Source: Candidatus Saccharibacteria bacterium CG10_big_fil_rev_8_21_14_0_10_47_8
GTDB taxonomy: Bacteria; Patescibacteriota; Saccharimonadia; Saccharimonadales; UBA10212
Direction: 5' to 3'
Length of the DNA: 35,561 nt
NCBI GenBank assembly: GCA_002793885.1
Contig: PFEG01000041.1
Coordinates: 1-35,561, forward strand
Program-made: the position numbers and the translations under genes
The notes under the pieces: generated by a model
What the model saw: only the letters and a program-made list of their open reading frames with translations
Told to the model about the DNA's origin: nothing
Databases searched by the model: none
Shown: positions 15,642 to 25,489 of the stretch, in pieces
Numbering within the stretch: position 1 is the first letter of the stretch
How the letters are laid out: every line of letters begins with the position of its first letter

Positions 15642-17078
15642 ATGGGTCAAGCACTATATAGAAAGTACCGTTCGCGTTCACTTGATGAGGTGGTTGGGCA
15701 AGAGCACATCGTTAAGACTCTTAAAAATGCCCTAAAAAATAATAAAATCAGCCACGCTTACTTATTTACCGGCCCTAAGGGGGTCGGTAAAACCAGCGTG
15801 GCACGCATTTTGGCTCATGAAATAAACCAACTGCCGTATAGCGGCGATACAGTCAATCTCGATATCATTGAAATAGACGCCGCCAGCAACCGCCGGATAG
15901 ACGAAATCCGCGATTTACGCGAAAAGGTACACATCGCGCCAACCGCGGCTAAATACAAGGTCTATATCATCGATGAAGTGCACATGTTAACCAAAGAGGC
16001 CTTTAACGCCCTCCTAAAAACCCTCGAGGAGCCGCCGGCCCACTGTGTATTTATCCTAGCGACTACCGAGGCCCATAAGCTGCCCGAAACAATTATCAGC
16101 CGAACTCAACGATTTACCTTCAAGCCAATCAACAAAAAACAGACCGCTGACCACCTAGAAAAAATTTCTTTGAATGAGAACATCGATATCACCAGAGGCG
16201 CGTTGGAGCTGCTAGCCGAACATGGAGAAGGCAGTTTTCGTGACAGCATCAGCCTACTAGATCAGTTAAGTTCTTCACGGCAAAAAATTATCGAAGAGAC
16301 CGTCAGGGCAACCTTAGGCCTACCATCCGAAAATCTTATAAACGACCTGCTGGCGGCGATTAAAAACGGTGAGAATACTGTGCTAGTGAAGCTTCTGGAC
16401 AGCCTGCGAGACCAGGCCGTAGACCCGGTGGCCGTAAGCACCAATTTAAGTCGAAAAGTCCGCGGTTTGCTGCTTGACGAATCGGCTTCTAATATCGACA
16501 TTCAGCTGCTAAGAAACTTACTGGAAGTTAGCTCCAGCGCTCATCCACGGTCGAGTCTAGAAATCTGTCTTTTGGAAGCCTGCTTGGCATCTGCTAAAAC
16601 CGACGTAATCTCAAAAAATGTAGTGGCCAGTGTAGCGGCCAACACCGAGACTGAAATTGCCGTTAAAAAAGTTTTAGACGCTCCCGTAAATAATTCCAAA
16701 CCTCAACCGGAAGCGCCAAGTGGCGATTTTAAACTGGAAGATTGGCCCCACGTAATAGATAAGGTCAAAAGTGAGGCGACCTCCCTTTATACGGCTCTTC
16801 GTTTGGCCGTACCAAGCCTGTCGGACAACAAACTAACTTTAGCGTTCCAGTTTCCGTTGCACCAAAAAAAGGTAGCGACAAGCAAGGCCAAGGATTTAAT
16901 TGGGCGTCTAGTTGAGCAAGTATCCGGAGCTAAAATGTCAATTGAGTGCATAGTCGATAAATCCATCCAGCCTCAAGTCGAGGTTGTAGCCCCGGTACCA
17001 CTAAACGAAGCCGAACCGGATGAACACGCCCAGACCATTAGCAGTATTTTTGGCAGCACTGAGCTGTTAGAATCTTAA
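15642..17078 (+). CDS. dnaX: DNA polymerase III subunit gamma/tau
   Basis: LYRKYR, GPKGVGKTS, IEIDAASN, IIDEVHML, FNALLKTLEEPP, SRT. Confidence 0.96.
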   Translation: MGQALYRKYRSRSLDEVVGQEHIVKTLKNALKNNKISHAYLFTGPKGVGKTSVARILAHEINQLPYSGDTVNLDIIEIDAASNRRIDEIRDLREKVHIAPTAAKYKVYIIDEVHMLTKEAFNALLKTLEEPPAHCVFILATTEAHKLPETIISRTQRFTFKPINKKQTADHLEKISLNENIDITRGALELLAEHGEGSFRDSISLLDQLSSSRQKIIEETVRATLGLPSENLINDLLAAIKNGENTVLVKLLDSLRDQAVDPVAVSTNLSRKVRGLLLDESASNIDIQLLRNLLEVSSSAHPRSSLEICLLEACLASAKTDVISKNVVASVAANTETEIAVKKVLDAPVNNSKPQPEAPSGDFKLEDWPHVIDKVKSEATSLYTALRLAVPSLSDNKLTLAFQFPLHQKKVATSKAKDLIGRLVEQVSGAKMSIECIVDKSIQPQVEVVAPVPLNEAEPDEHAQTISSIFGSTELLES

Positions 17079-17098
17079 TGAGTTAATGACCAGACTGT

Positions 17099-18475
17099 AT
17101 GGATAAAGATAAATCAAAAACTATCCCTCCTCAAAACCTGGAAGCCGAGGCCAGCTTGCTGGGCAGTTTGTTAATTGATGGCGAAGCTTTGACCAAGATC
17201 GGTGATATGATCCAACCCGAGGACTTTTTTGAGCAGAAGCACAAAGTGATTTTTACCGCCATGCGGGCTCTTTATGATAAACGCAGCCCGATCGATCTGC
17301 TAACATTAAGTGAGCAGTTAAAAAGTAACGATCGGCTGGATGTAATCGGTGGTGCCGGCTACCTTACCGAGCTAACAAACTTTGTGCCAACCGCCGCGCA
17401 TGTCGAACAATACGCCCAAATAGTCGCCGACAAAGCTATCAGGCGTCGGCTGATAGCTGCCAGCCAGGATATAGCCGATGTTGGTTTTGATGAAAAAAAG
17501 AGCTTGCAGGAACTTATTGAGGAAGCTGAATCGCGGTTATTCGAAGTCAGCCAGCGCCATGTGCGGCAAGACATTACCAGCTTGGAGTCAATCCTGGGCG
17601 ACAGTTTTGACCGGATTGATGATCTGCACCGTCATAAAGGCGGGCTTCGCGGTATAGCAACCGGCCTAGCAGATATCGATAAGAAGCTGGCTGGTCTACA
17701 AAGGTCGGATCTGATCGTATTGGCCGGAAGGCCGTCAATGGGCAAGACGGCGTTGATGCTTAACATAGCCCTAAATATCGCCACCCAGTCCAAGGAAGGC
17801 GCCGTGCTGATATTTAGCCTGGAAATGAGCAAGGAACAGCTGGTAGATCGTTTGTTAGCCGCTGAGGCGGGTGTGGGAGCGTGGGCACTGCGCACCGGCG
17901 AAGGCTTGACCGACAAGGACTTTGAGCGGCTTAGCGCCGCCATGGGCCAGTTGGCCGAGGCGCCAATCTTCATTGATGACACATCAGGAATAACGGTCAG
18001 TGATTTGCGCACCAAAGCTCGCCGGCTGCATCATCAACACCCCCTGTCTGTAATAATGGTTGACTATTTGCAGCTAATGAGTGGCGGGTCACGCTATGCC
18101 ACGGTAGCTAACCGAGTGCAGGAAATTTCTGAAATCAGCCGCAGCTTAAAAATATTAGCCCGTGAGCTTAACGTACCAGTGGTAGCTCTAAGCCAGCTGA
18201 GTCGATCTGTCGAGAGCCGCTCACCGCAGATTCCCCAGCTATCAGACTTGCGTGAATCCGGCTCTATCGAACAAGATGCCGATGTAGTGGCCTTCATATA
18301 CCGTGAAGATTACTATAACCCCGATAGTAGCCGCCAAAATATCGCCGACATATTAATCAAAAAACATCGCAACGGCCCAACTTCGAATTTAGGTGAGGTA
18401 GAACTATATTTTGATAGACAACGCCAGCGTTTCCGCGATCTTGACACTAAACATGCTACGTCAACTGAAAACTAA
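17099..18475 (+). CDS. dnaB: Replicative DNA helicase
   Basis: PPQNLEAE, GRPSMGKT, FSLEM, VDYLQL, LSQLSR, DLRESGSIEQDAD, KHRNGP; no intein. Confidence 0.97.
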   Translation: MDKDKSKTIPPQNLEAEASLLGSLLIDGEALTKIGDMIQPEDFFEQKHKVIFTAMRALYDKRSPIDLLTLSEQLKSNDRLDVIGGAGYLTELTNFVPTAAHVEQYAQIVADKAIRRRLIAASQDIADVGFDEKKSLQELIEEAESRLFEVSQRHVRQDITSLESILGDSFDRIDDLHRHKGGLRGIATGLADIDKKLAGLQRSDLIVLAGRPSMGKTALMLNIALNIATQSKEGAVLIFSLEMSKEQLVDRLLAAEAGVGAWALRTGEGLTDKDFERLSAAMGQLAEAPIFIDDTSGITVSDLRTKARRLHHQHPLSVIMVDYLQLMSGGSRYATVANRVQEISEISRSLKILARELNVPVVALSQLSRSVESRSPQIPQLSDLRESGSIEQDADVVAFIYREDYYNPDSSRQNIADILIKKHRNGPTSNLGEVELYFDRQRQRFRDLDTKHATSTEN

Positions 18476-18495
18476 TTTTTGCTATACTAATACTT

Positions 18496-19683
18496 ATGCT
18501 TAAAGTGGTCAGTCGGCGGTTATCGCGACAGGCTTTGAAAAACGCGCTGGCTGTGCTGGGTGTAGTGTTCGGTACATATCTACTTTATATATGGCGGCTC
18601 GGGTCGCTAACGACCGGCCTTAGCCCTACTGAGTCTACGGCCCGACAGCTTAGTAGCAACCTTAGCTACATCTCGGACAACCCGATTAATGCCCCTCTGC
18701 GTTTGGTACAGTATTTAGCACAAAGCCTTGGTCACCACGGCGCATTTTATATGCGGTTTGCTTCGGTGTTCTTTATGGTGTTGTTTGTGGGCTGTCTTTA
18801 CCTGCTGCTAAAAACTTGGTTCGGGCGATTAGTTGGATTACTTGGCACGTTGCTGCTAGTAGGAACACCCTGGTTCATACTAATAGCCAGGAGCGCTAAC
18901 GCCACCGTTATGCTGCTGGCCCCTTTGGCTGTAATAGCTTCGTTTTTGTGGCTCACGAGCTCCAAAAAACAATCTAAGCTGGCCTGGCTAGCCCTGGTCT
19001 GCATAAGTGCCATCAGTTTATATATACCCGGCTTGGTCTGGTTTATTCTTGTAGCCGGCTGGATGCGCCGGCGTGAGTTGCTGGGCAGCCTAAAGTTTCA
19101 TGGGCTAGTCATAGTGTCCTTAAGCGCTTTGCTAGCCATTGCGATTATTGTTCCGCTGATATTAGCCATGGTCAACGATCTGTCAGTCGCCCGGCAACTG
19201 CTGTTACTGCCTGAGCACTGGCAGGGGCTAATTGGCAACTTAAAATCTACAGCCTGGTCTCTACTGGCACTGTTTTGGCGCACCCCTTACCACATAGACC
19301 TGATAATCGGCAGATTACCCCTGCTGAACATCACGCAGCTAGCCCTGGCAGTGTTCGGCTGTTATGCAATGTGGGCTAACGCACGGAAGGAAACATACAA
19401 TCTGCTGGCGATCCTAGCCGCCAGTATAATCTTCAGTGGCCTAAACGCTAATTTGGAGTTACTGACTTTAGCAGTCTTAGTAGTTTGCATATTTGCAGTT
19501 GCTGGCCTCCGTTATCTTTACGTAGAGTGGCGCGGCGTCTTCCCGCGCAACCCACTGCCAAAAGTACTAGCCCTTAGCCTGATGGCGCTGGTAGTCGGCA
19601 TACATCTGATGTTGGGGGTACGTTATGCTTTAGTGGCCTGGCCGCACACTCCATCCACGCATAGCCTGTACGTGATAAAATAA
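18496..19683 (+). CDS. Polytopic membrane protein, probably a GT-C (ArnT/PMT-like) glycosyltransferase
   Basis: About 10 hydrophobic segments. An N-terminal TM followed by GLSPTE...NAPL, and PWFILIARS, resemble GT-C loop motifs. Confidence 0.5.
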   Translation: MLKVVSRRLSRQALKNALAVLGVVFGTYLLYIWRLGSLTTGLSPTESTARQLSSNLSYISDNPINAPLRLVQYLAQSLGHHGAFYMRFASVFFMVLFVGCLYLLLKTWFGRLVGLLGTLLLVGTPWFILIARSANATVMLLAPLAVIASFLWLTSSKKQSKLAWLALVCISAISLYIPGLVWFILVAGWMRRRELLGSLKFHGLVIVSLSALLAIAIIVPLILAMVNDLSVARQLLLLPEHWQGLIGNLKSTAWSLLALFWRTPYHIDLIIGRLPLLNITQLALAVFGCYAMWANARKETYNLLAILAASIIFSGLNANLELLTLAVLVVCIFAVAGLRYLYVEWRGVFPRNPLPKVLALSLMALVVGIHLMLGVRYALVAWPHTPSTHSLYVIK

Positions 19684-19713
19684 GGTCAGTAATTAGAGGA
19701 GTTAAAGTCAACG

Positions 19714-20007
19714 ATGAGTAAATTCGACCAGGCCAAGCTACTGATGAAGGCCAGAAAACTACAAAAAGAGCTGCAGAAGGAAATCATAACTACCGAAGCG
19801 GGTGACGGGGCAGTCAAGGTAGACATCACCGGAGAACAAAAAATTAAAAAGATACACATCGACCCCGAAGCAGTTGACCTAGATGATATCGGACAGCTTG
19901 AAATGTGGATCGAGGAAGCTGTAAAGGACGCTGTTAGTCAAAGTCAGAAACTGGCCGCCGAAAAGATGCAGCCGATGATGGGAGCATTAGGCAACCTGGG
20001 ATTATAA
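19714..20007 (+). CDS. ybaB: YbaB/EbfC nucleoid-associated protein
   Basis: KARKLQKEL...EAGDGAVKVDITGEQKIKKIHIDPE; directly before recR. Confidence 0.92.
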   Translation: MSKFDQAKLLMKARKLQKELQKEIITTEAGDGAVKVDITGEQKIKKIHIDPEAVDLDDIGQLEMWIEEAVKDAVSQSQKLAAEKMQPMMGALGNLGL

Positions 20008-20017
20008 CCACGGGTTG

Positions 20018-20164
20018 CAATTATCAATGTTCAATTCCCAATTATTAATCAATGATCAATTGCCAATGAATAATGTAGCTTCAGGTCATGTTTGTGAATT
20101 GTTAAATGTAAATTCAATGGAAATTGTAAATTGTGAAATAAAAATTGAGCCGACGCCAGGTGGC
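20018..20164. repeat. AT-rich heptamer-periodic intergenic element, copy 2
   Basis: CAATTAT-CAATGTT-CAATTCC-CAATTAT...CAATGAT-CAATTGC-CAATG, then AAATTGT-AAATTGT; ends in AGCCGACGCCAGGTGGC. Confidence 0.6.
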
Positions 20165-20170
20165 CCTTAA

Positions 20171-20782
20171 ATGAGTTTAAGTGCCATTCCACGATCGCTA
20201 GCTGCAGTTATTGAAGCCTTTGGCCAGCTGCCAGGCGTTGGACCACGCACTGCTGAACGTTATGCATATTATCTGTTGCGGGCCGATAAACTAAAGTCAA
20301 CCAGATTAGCGGAAGAGCTCGATAGGCTGCATGCCCAAGTAACTTATTGCCCCAGAACATTCGCGCTCATGGAAGTCGGCCAAAAAGTCAGCTCGCTTTA
20401 CAGCGACCCCAAACGCAACAAAAAAATGGTCGCCGTAGTGGCCGACCCTTTCGATATAATTGCGCTCGAGAAAACCAATGGTTTTTTGGGCACGTATCAC
20501 GTTTTAGGCGGCCTGGTCTCGCCAATAGACGGCATTGGACCTGAACAGCTGCACATTAAGGAGTTAGTTAAGCGAATTGACGAAGACAGAGTGGAAGAGG
20601 TGATCCTAGCCACAAACGCCAGTGTAGAAGGGGAAAGTACGGCGCTTTTGATTACACAGCAGTTGGGTGATAAAGCGGTTAAGATCACCAGGCTGGCCAG
20701 GGGCCTACCTATCGGTATCGATCTGGAATACGCCGACCAAATCACTCTGACACACGCCCTAGAAGGCCGCCAGATCTTCTAG
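20171..20782 (+). CDS. recR: Recombination mediator RecR (lacks the C4 zinc finger)
   Basis: LPGVGPRTAER, YHVLGG, EVILATNASVEGESTA, LEYAD. Confidence 0.95.
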   Translation: MSLSAIPRSLAAVIEAFGQLPGVGPRTAERYAYYLLRADKLKSTRLAEELDRLHAQVTYCPRTFALMEVGQKVSSLYSDPKRNKKMVAVVADPFDIIALEKTNGFLGTYHVLGGLVSPIDGIGPEQLHIKELVKRIDEDRVEEVILATNASVEGESTALLITQQLGDKAVKITRLARGLPIGIDLEYADQITLTHALEGRQIF

Positions 20783-20827
20783 GGCTTAGAGCATCTTTGC
20801 CCCACCGGTGTTACAATAGATGCCATA

Positions 20828-21844
20828 ATGACTACATACAAAGAGGCTCAGGAAATACAAAGCATTATATCCGAAGCTAAAACCATAGCTATTATTCAGG
20901 CCGATAACCCTGATGTTGACAGCCTAGCCAGCTCCTTAGCACTAGAGCAAATTTTGCATGATCTAGGCAAAGACCCAATCATGTACTGCGGTGTTGATTT
21001 GCCATCATACATGCGCTATCTGCCCGGCTCTGACCGTGTTAATAAGGAAATGCCCCATAAGTTTGACGCCAGTGTGATAGTCGATACCAGTAGTGATAGC
21101 TTGCTGGAACAGCTAGACGTTTCCGGAGCTAAAGCTTGGCTGGCCGCTAAGCCAACCATCGTCATAGACCATCATGCCACCAAACCAACGATTAGTTTCG
21201 CCAACGTTATCTGCAACCACAGTGCGGTGTCTACCAGTGAAGTCATTTACGAGCTAAGTCGGCAGCTCGGTTGGGAGATTAACTTGGATGCGAAAAAACT
21301 CATCACTATGGCGATACTAAGTGACAGCCTGGGGCTAACTACCGAAGCAACATCGGCCCGCAGCATCCATATAGTCGCCGAATTAGTTGAGGGCGGTGTA
21401 AGCCTGCCAGAAATAGAAAACGCCCGCCGGGAAACAATGCGGCGCGACCCGGTATTAATACATTATAAGGGACGCTTACTAGAGCGCGTTGAGTTTCACG
21501 ATAGCAACCGCATAGCCACTTTAACTATCCCATGGGAAGAAATCGAAAAGTATAGCCCGCTATACAACCCGCCAATGCTGGTAATCGACGATATGCGGCT
21601 GGCCAAAGATACTAAGGTTGCCATTTGTTTTAAACTTTATCCAAACGGTAAAATAACAACAAAAATACGCTGCAACTGGGGCAGTGATATAGCCAACAAG
21701 CTGGCCGAGCATTTCGGCGGCGGCGGCCACCCGTACGCGGCGGGCTTTAAAATTCAAGATGGCCGTGATTTTAATACTCTCAAAAACGAGTGCATAAAAG
21801 TAGCCGCCGAGCTGCTTGATAATCTACAGGCTAAATCAACATGA
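20828..21844 (+). CDS. DHH/DHHA1 phosphoesterase (NrnA-like)
   Basis: NPDVDS, IVD, IDHH, GGGGHPYAAG. Confidence 0.88.
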   Translation: MTTYKEAQEIQSIISEAKTIAIIQADNPDVDSLASSLALEQILHDLGKDPIMYCGVDLPSYMRYLPGSDRVNKEMPHKFDASVIVDTSSDSLLEQLDVSGAKAWLAAKPTIVIDHHATKPTISFANVICNHSAVSTSEVIYELSRQLGWEINLDAKKLITMAILSDSLGLTTEATSARSIHIVAELVEGGVSLPEIENARRETMRRDPVLIHYKGRLLERVEFHDSNRIATLTIPWEEIEKYSPLYNPPMLVIDDMRLAKDTKVAICFKLYPNGKITTKIRCNWGSDIANKLAEHFGGGGHPYAAGFKIQDGRDFNTLKNECIKVAAELLDNLQAKST

Positions 21845-23244
21845 AACTCTATAACACCCTAACTCGCAAAATTGAGGACCTAAAACCACTTAATCCTCCC
21901 GAAATTACGGTCTATACCTGTGGACCGACGGTTTACGATTATGCCCACATTGGGCACTGGTTTAATTATGTACGGATGGACATCCTTATTAGAGCGCTTA
22001 GTGTGGCTGGCTTTAGGCCTAAATGGGTTATGAACATTACTGATGTAGGACATTTAACCAGTGACGCCGACGAGGGCGAGGATAAGCTCGAGAAGGGCGC
22101 CCGGCGAGAAGGCAAAACCGCCTGGGAGGTTGCCGAATTTTATACCAAAGATTTTCTAGATGGTATGAAGCAACTCAACATTTTAGATCCTGACTATTTA
22201 GTTAAAGCCACCGACCACATTAACGATCAAATTACCCTGATACAAAAACTTGAAGCCAAGGGATACGCCTACGTTATCGATGACGGTGTTTACTACGACA
22301 CCAGTAAATTTACCGGCTACGCTAACTTTGCCAGACTTGATCTCGATGACCAGCAAGCCGGAGCCCGCGTATCGCTTAATCCCCAAAAACGTAATCCAAC
22401 CGACTTCGCGCTCTGGAAATTCTCGCCAAGGGATCACCGGCGAGAAATGGAATGGGAGAGCCCGTGGGGCAAGGGCTTTCCCGGTTGGCACATTGAGTGC
22501 TCAGCCATGTCAATGAAGTATTTGGGTGAGACTATTGATATTCATACCGGAGGTATTGACCACATTCCAATTCATCACACTAATGAAATCGCCCAGAGCG
22601 AAGCGGCTACTGGAAAACGATTCGCGAACTACTGGATGCATTCTAACCACGTGACGGTAAGTGGTGAAAAAATCTCCAAGTCGCTTGGTAACGGCATCAG
22701 ACTTGAAGATATAGTGAAAAGGGGCATTTCGCCCGAGGTTGTGCGCCTTCATGTACTGGAATCACATTACCGCAGCCAATCGAAGTTCAGCTGGCAGAGT
22801 CTTGAAGCCGCGCAAAATCGGCTTAAGGACCTGCAGGCCATGGCCGATCTTAGGTGGCAGTTAACTGACTCCGCCAAGCATAAACATACCGTAAACTTTA
22901 AACAACACATCTCCGCTTTGGATAGTGAACTAACCAGCGACCTCAACACTCCTCAAATACTAACCAGTCTAAGCGCTGTTTCGCACCTGCTAATGACCAA
23001 CCCAGTAACAAAAGATCAAAAAGCAGAATTTGAAGAATTTTTAGAACACATTGATGAGTCACTGGGCTTAAAACTTTTAGGTTCTCAAAACATCAGTCCC
23101 GAGCAAAAACAACTAATTGCAGAACGAGAGAAAGCACGTGCTGCTAGCGATTGGCTAACGTCCGATAAACTCCGCGATCAACTAAAAAAGCAAAATATAG
23201 AACTGCGCGATACTGAGTACGGTCCGATTTGGAATCGCAGCTAA
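21841..23244 (+). CDS. cysS: Cysteine--tRNA ligase
   Basis: YTCGPTVY, HIGH, DFALWK, PGWHIECSAM, HHTNE, KISKS. Confidence 0.97.
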   Translation: MKLYNTLTRKIEDLKPLNPPEITVYTCGPTVYDYAHIGHWFNYVRMDILIRALSVAGFRPKWVMNITDVGHLTSDADEGEDKLEKGARREGKTAWEVAEFYTKDFLDGMKQLNILDPDYLVKATDHINDQITLIQKLEAKGYAYVIDDGVYYDTSKFTGYANFARLDLDDQQAGARVSLNPQKRNPTDFALWKFSPRDHRREMEWESPWGKGFPGWHIECSAMSMKYLGETIDIHTGGIDHIPIHHTNEIAQSEAATGKRFANYWMHSNHVTVSGEKISKSLGNGIRLEDIVKRGISPEVVRLHVLESHYRSQSKFSWQSLEAAQNRLKDLQAMADLRWQLTDSAKHKHTVNFKQHISALDSELTSDLNTPQILTSLSAVSHLLMTNPVTKDQKAEFEEFLEHIDESLGLKLLGSQNISPEQKQLIAEREKARAASDWLTSDKLRDQLKKQNIELRDTEYGPIWNRS

Positions 23245-23247
23245 GGC

Positions 23248-24333
23248 CTAGGCTTCTTCTTCCGGTTTGTGGTGTTGGCGGCGCTCAAAATGATCTTCTA
23301 CCAAAATTTTAACGGCGCTAGCCGCCGGAATAGCCACTACGGCTCCTAAAATTCCCCCCAGCGATACACCAATGATAGCCGCGATAAACACCAACAAAGG
23401 TGTTAGCTCATTAAGGCGTGACTGTAAATAGGGCTGAAAGGTGTGGTTCTCTATGAAAAAGTAAATTATAAAATAGATGGCCATGACAGCCGCTAAGGTT
23501 ACCGAATTAAGAAGACTGACAAGCACGACGAGAATCGCGGCAATTGGGTTGCCAAACAACGGGATGATTCCAAAAACAGCGACGATTCCAGCTAACGCCG
23601 CCGCATTGGTTGAAACATTCATAACCTGTCCTGCGATTTCTAGGGTTATGAATGCGAATGCGCCAGCTACCGCCGCTAAAATTACCTGACCGTTAACAAA
23701 GCCACTGACCGATTTATACATTCTGTTGGCCAGCCTTCGGTGGTGTTGTCGTTTCCTTTCGGGCAACGAACCAAAATAAAGTTCAAACCATTTAGGGCCC
23801 TCAACCAGCATCATGAAAGTCATGACTAAAACTGCAAAAACCGAAACGACCGCTTCGGCAACCCGTTTGCCTGTATCCAGAATTGTGCCTCCGAAGTCGC
23901 TGTAGTTAGACGCAAAGGACTTGGCGCCTTCACTGAGCCGCTTATCGAGATGATACTTTTCAACAGCCCGCGCCAAACTGCTATCCTGGCTTTGAAAGTT
24001 GGCAACAGTTTGAGGGACTTCTTTAATAAATATTTGAGTTTGCCGGATCAGCGGAGGGATAACCAACGCAAAAAACACAGCCAGAAAAACCACGACCATC
24101 AAATAAGAAACGGCTGTTGCTTTGGCACGACTCTCTATCTTTAGCCTTCGCCTGACCCAACTGACAACTGGATTCAACGCTAAAGCCAGAAAAAATGCTG
24201 CGAATATCAAGGTGAGGATATGACTAATCTGTCCTATAAGTTTAAATAAGACAATTGCGGCTGCCACCCAAAGAATGGTCCTTACTATTGTTCGGTTAGT
24301 AATGTTAACCGTCACTTTGTTAGATGGTTCCAT
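23248..24333 (-). CDS. AI-2E family transporter
   Basis: LALALNPVV, GFVNGQ, IPLFG, IENHTFQP, GILGAVVAIP. Confidence 0.9.
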   Translation of the reverse strand: MEPSNKVTVNITNRTIVRTILWVAAAIVLFKLIGQISHILTLIFAAFFLALALNPVVSWVRRRLKIESRAKATAVSYLMVVVFLAVFFALVIPPLIRQTQIFIKEVPQTVANFQSQDSSLARAVEKYHLDKRLSEGAKSFASNYSDFGGTILDTGKRVAEAVVSVFAVLVMTFMMLVEGPKWFELYFGSLPERKRQHHRRLANRMYKSVSGFVNGQVILAAVAGAFAFITLEIAGQVMNVSTNAAALAGIVAVFGIIPLFGNPIAAILVVLVSLLNSVTLAAVMAIYFIIYFFIENHTFQPYLQSRLNELTPLLVFIAAIIGVSLGGILGAVVAIPAASAVKILVEDHFERRQHHKPEEEA

Positions 24334-24337
24334 CGCG

Positions 24338-25489
24338 TTAATTATGCCCGGTATTTATCCGCTTGGCAATAATGACGTTATATTCAGCAATCAGTTGCTT
24401 GCCGACTACAGCCACATCATAACGCTTGACACGCTCAACTTGCCAGCCGTGTAGCTTGGATATCAACGTGTCATCAGATAAAAGCTGTTTCAGCTTTGTC
24501 GCAAATTCCTCGGTATTTTTTGGGTCTACCAGCAATTCCGGTTTGTTATCCAGCACACTGCAATAGCCAGGGTTGTTACCACCTAGCACGATGGCGGCTC
24601 CGGCCGCCATAGCCTCAATTAAAACGATTCCGAAGCTTTCGCCGTAAAGAGATGGGAAACAAGCGATGTTGGCGCCATTCAAAAGCCCCGGCTTATCCCG
24701 TTCGTCTATAAAACCTAGAAAGCTAACTTTTGACCCTAGGTTATGGCTTGTCACAAAACTCTCTAACTTGTTTCGCAAGGGTCCATCACCGGCAATAATT
24801 AACTCTGCGTCCAGATCAGCCTTAGCGTACGCTCTTAGAAGCTCAACGGCACCCTTGCGTTTGACTAATCGGCCAAGAAATACTATTTTCTTGGTATTTT
24901 TGGGTTCTTTAGTTGTTTTGGCAGCTTCAAAACGATTGATATCAACTACATTCGGCAATATTTCTGTATCTAAACCAAACGCCGACTTGGCAAACTCAGC
25001 GGCCGGCGGACTAACGCTGTAGATTTTGTCAAACCTGGCAAGACCACTTCCATACATTAGTCTAAGCAGCCTGGAGCCCCAGCTGGTTAGCCAGCCTGAC
25101 GGCAGGATATGAAAAGTGCCAACAATAGCCGTGTTTGGGCCAGCGGCATTTATAACTCTCTGGGACATCAGCGGTGAATGCGGTACCTGTACGTGAAGTA
25201 CATCAAAGCCCTCAGTTTCCAACACTTGTTTTATCCTAGAACGTTTAGCCGGCAAGGGAATAGACAGCCGATTACCATTAAAAATTATCCTCTGGTTTCG
25301 CGCTAGACTGTAAATTTTTCCGCCATACCACTCGCTTGCCCTGGTTTCGCCCACCAGATACCTAACTTCGTGACCTTGGCCGCCCAACCAGCTGCCCAAG
25401 GCCTTGACGTACTGGGCGACCCCATCACTACTGTCTAGGCTATCGTCAAAAACAAAGCCGATCTTAAGAGGACTTTTGGCTTTTGGCAT
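24338..25489 (-). CDS. Glycosyltransferase family 4 (PimA-like)
   Basis: DGVAQY, FLGRLVKRKG, ESFGIVLIEAMAAG. Confidence 0.9.
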   Translation of the reverse strand: MPKAKSPLKIGFVFDDSLDSSDGVAQYVKALGSWLGGQGHEVRYLVGETRASEWYGGKIYSLARNQRIIFNGNRLSIPLPAKRSRIKQVLETEGFDVLHVQVPHSPLMSQRVINAAGPNTAIVGTFHILPSGWLTSWGSRLLRLMYGSGLARFDKIYSVSPPAAEFAKSAFGLDTEILPNVVDINRFEAAKTTKEPKNTKKIVFLGRLVKRKGAVELLRAYAKADLDAELIIAGDGPLRNKLESFVTSHNLGSKVSFLGFIDERDKPGLLNGANIACFPSLYGESFGIVLIEAMAAGAAIVLGGNNPGYCSVLDNKPELLVDPKNTEEFATKLKQLLSDDTLISKLHGWQVERVKRYDVAVVGKQLIAEYNVIIAKRINTGHN

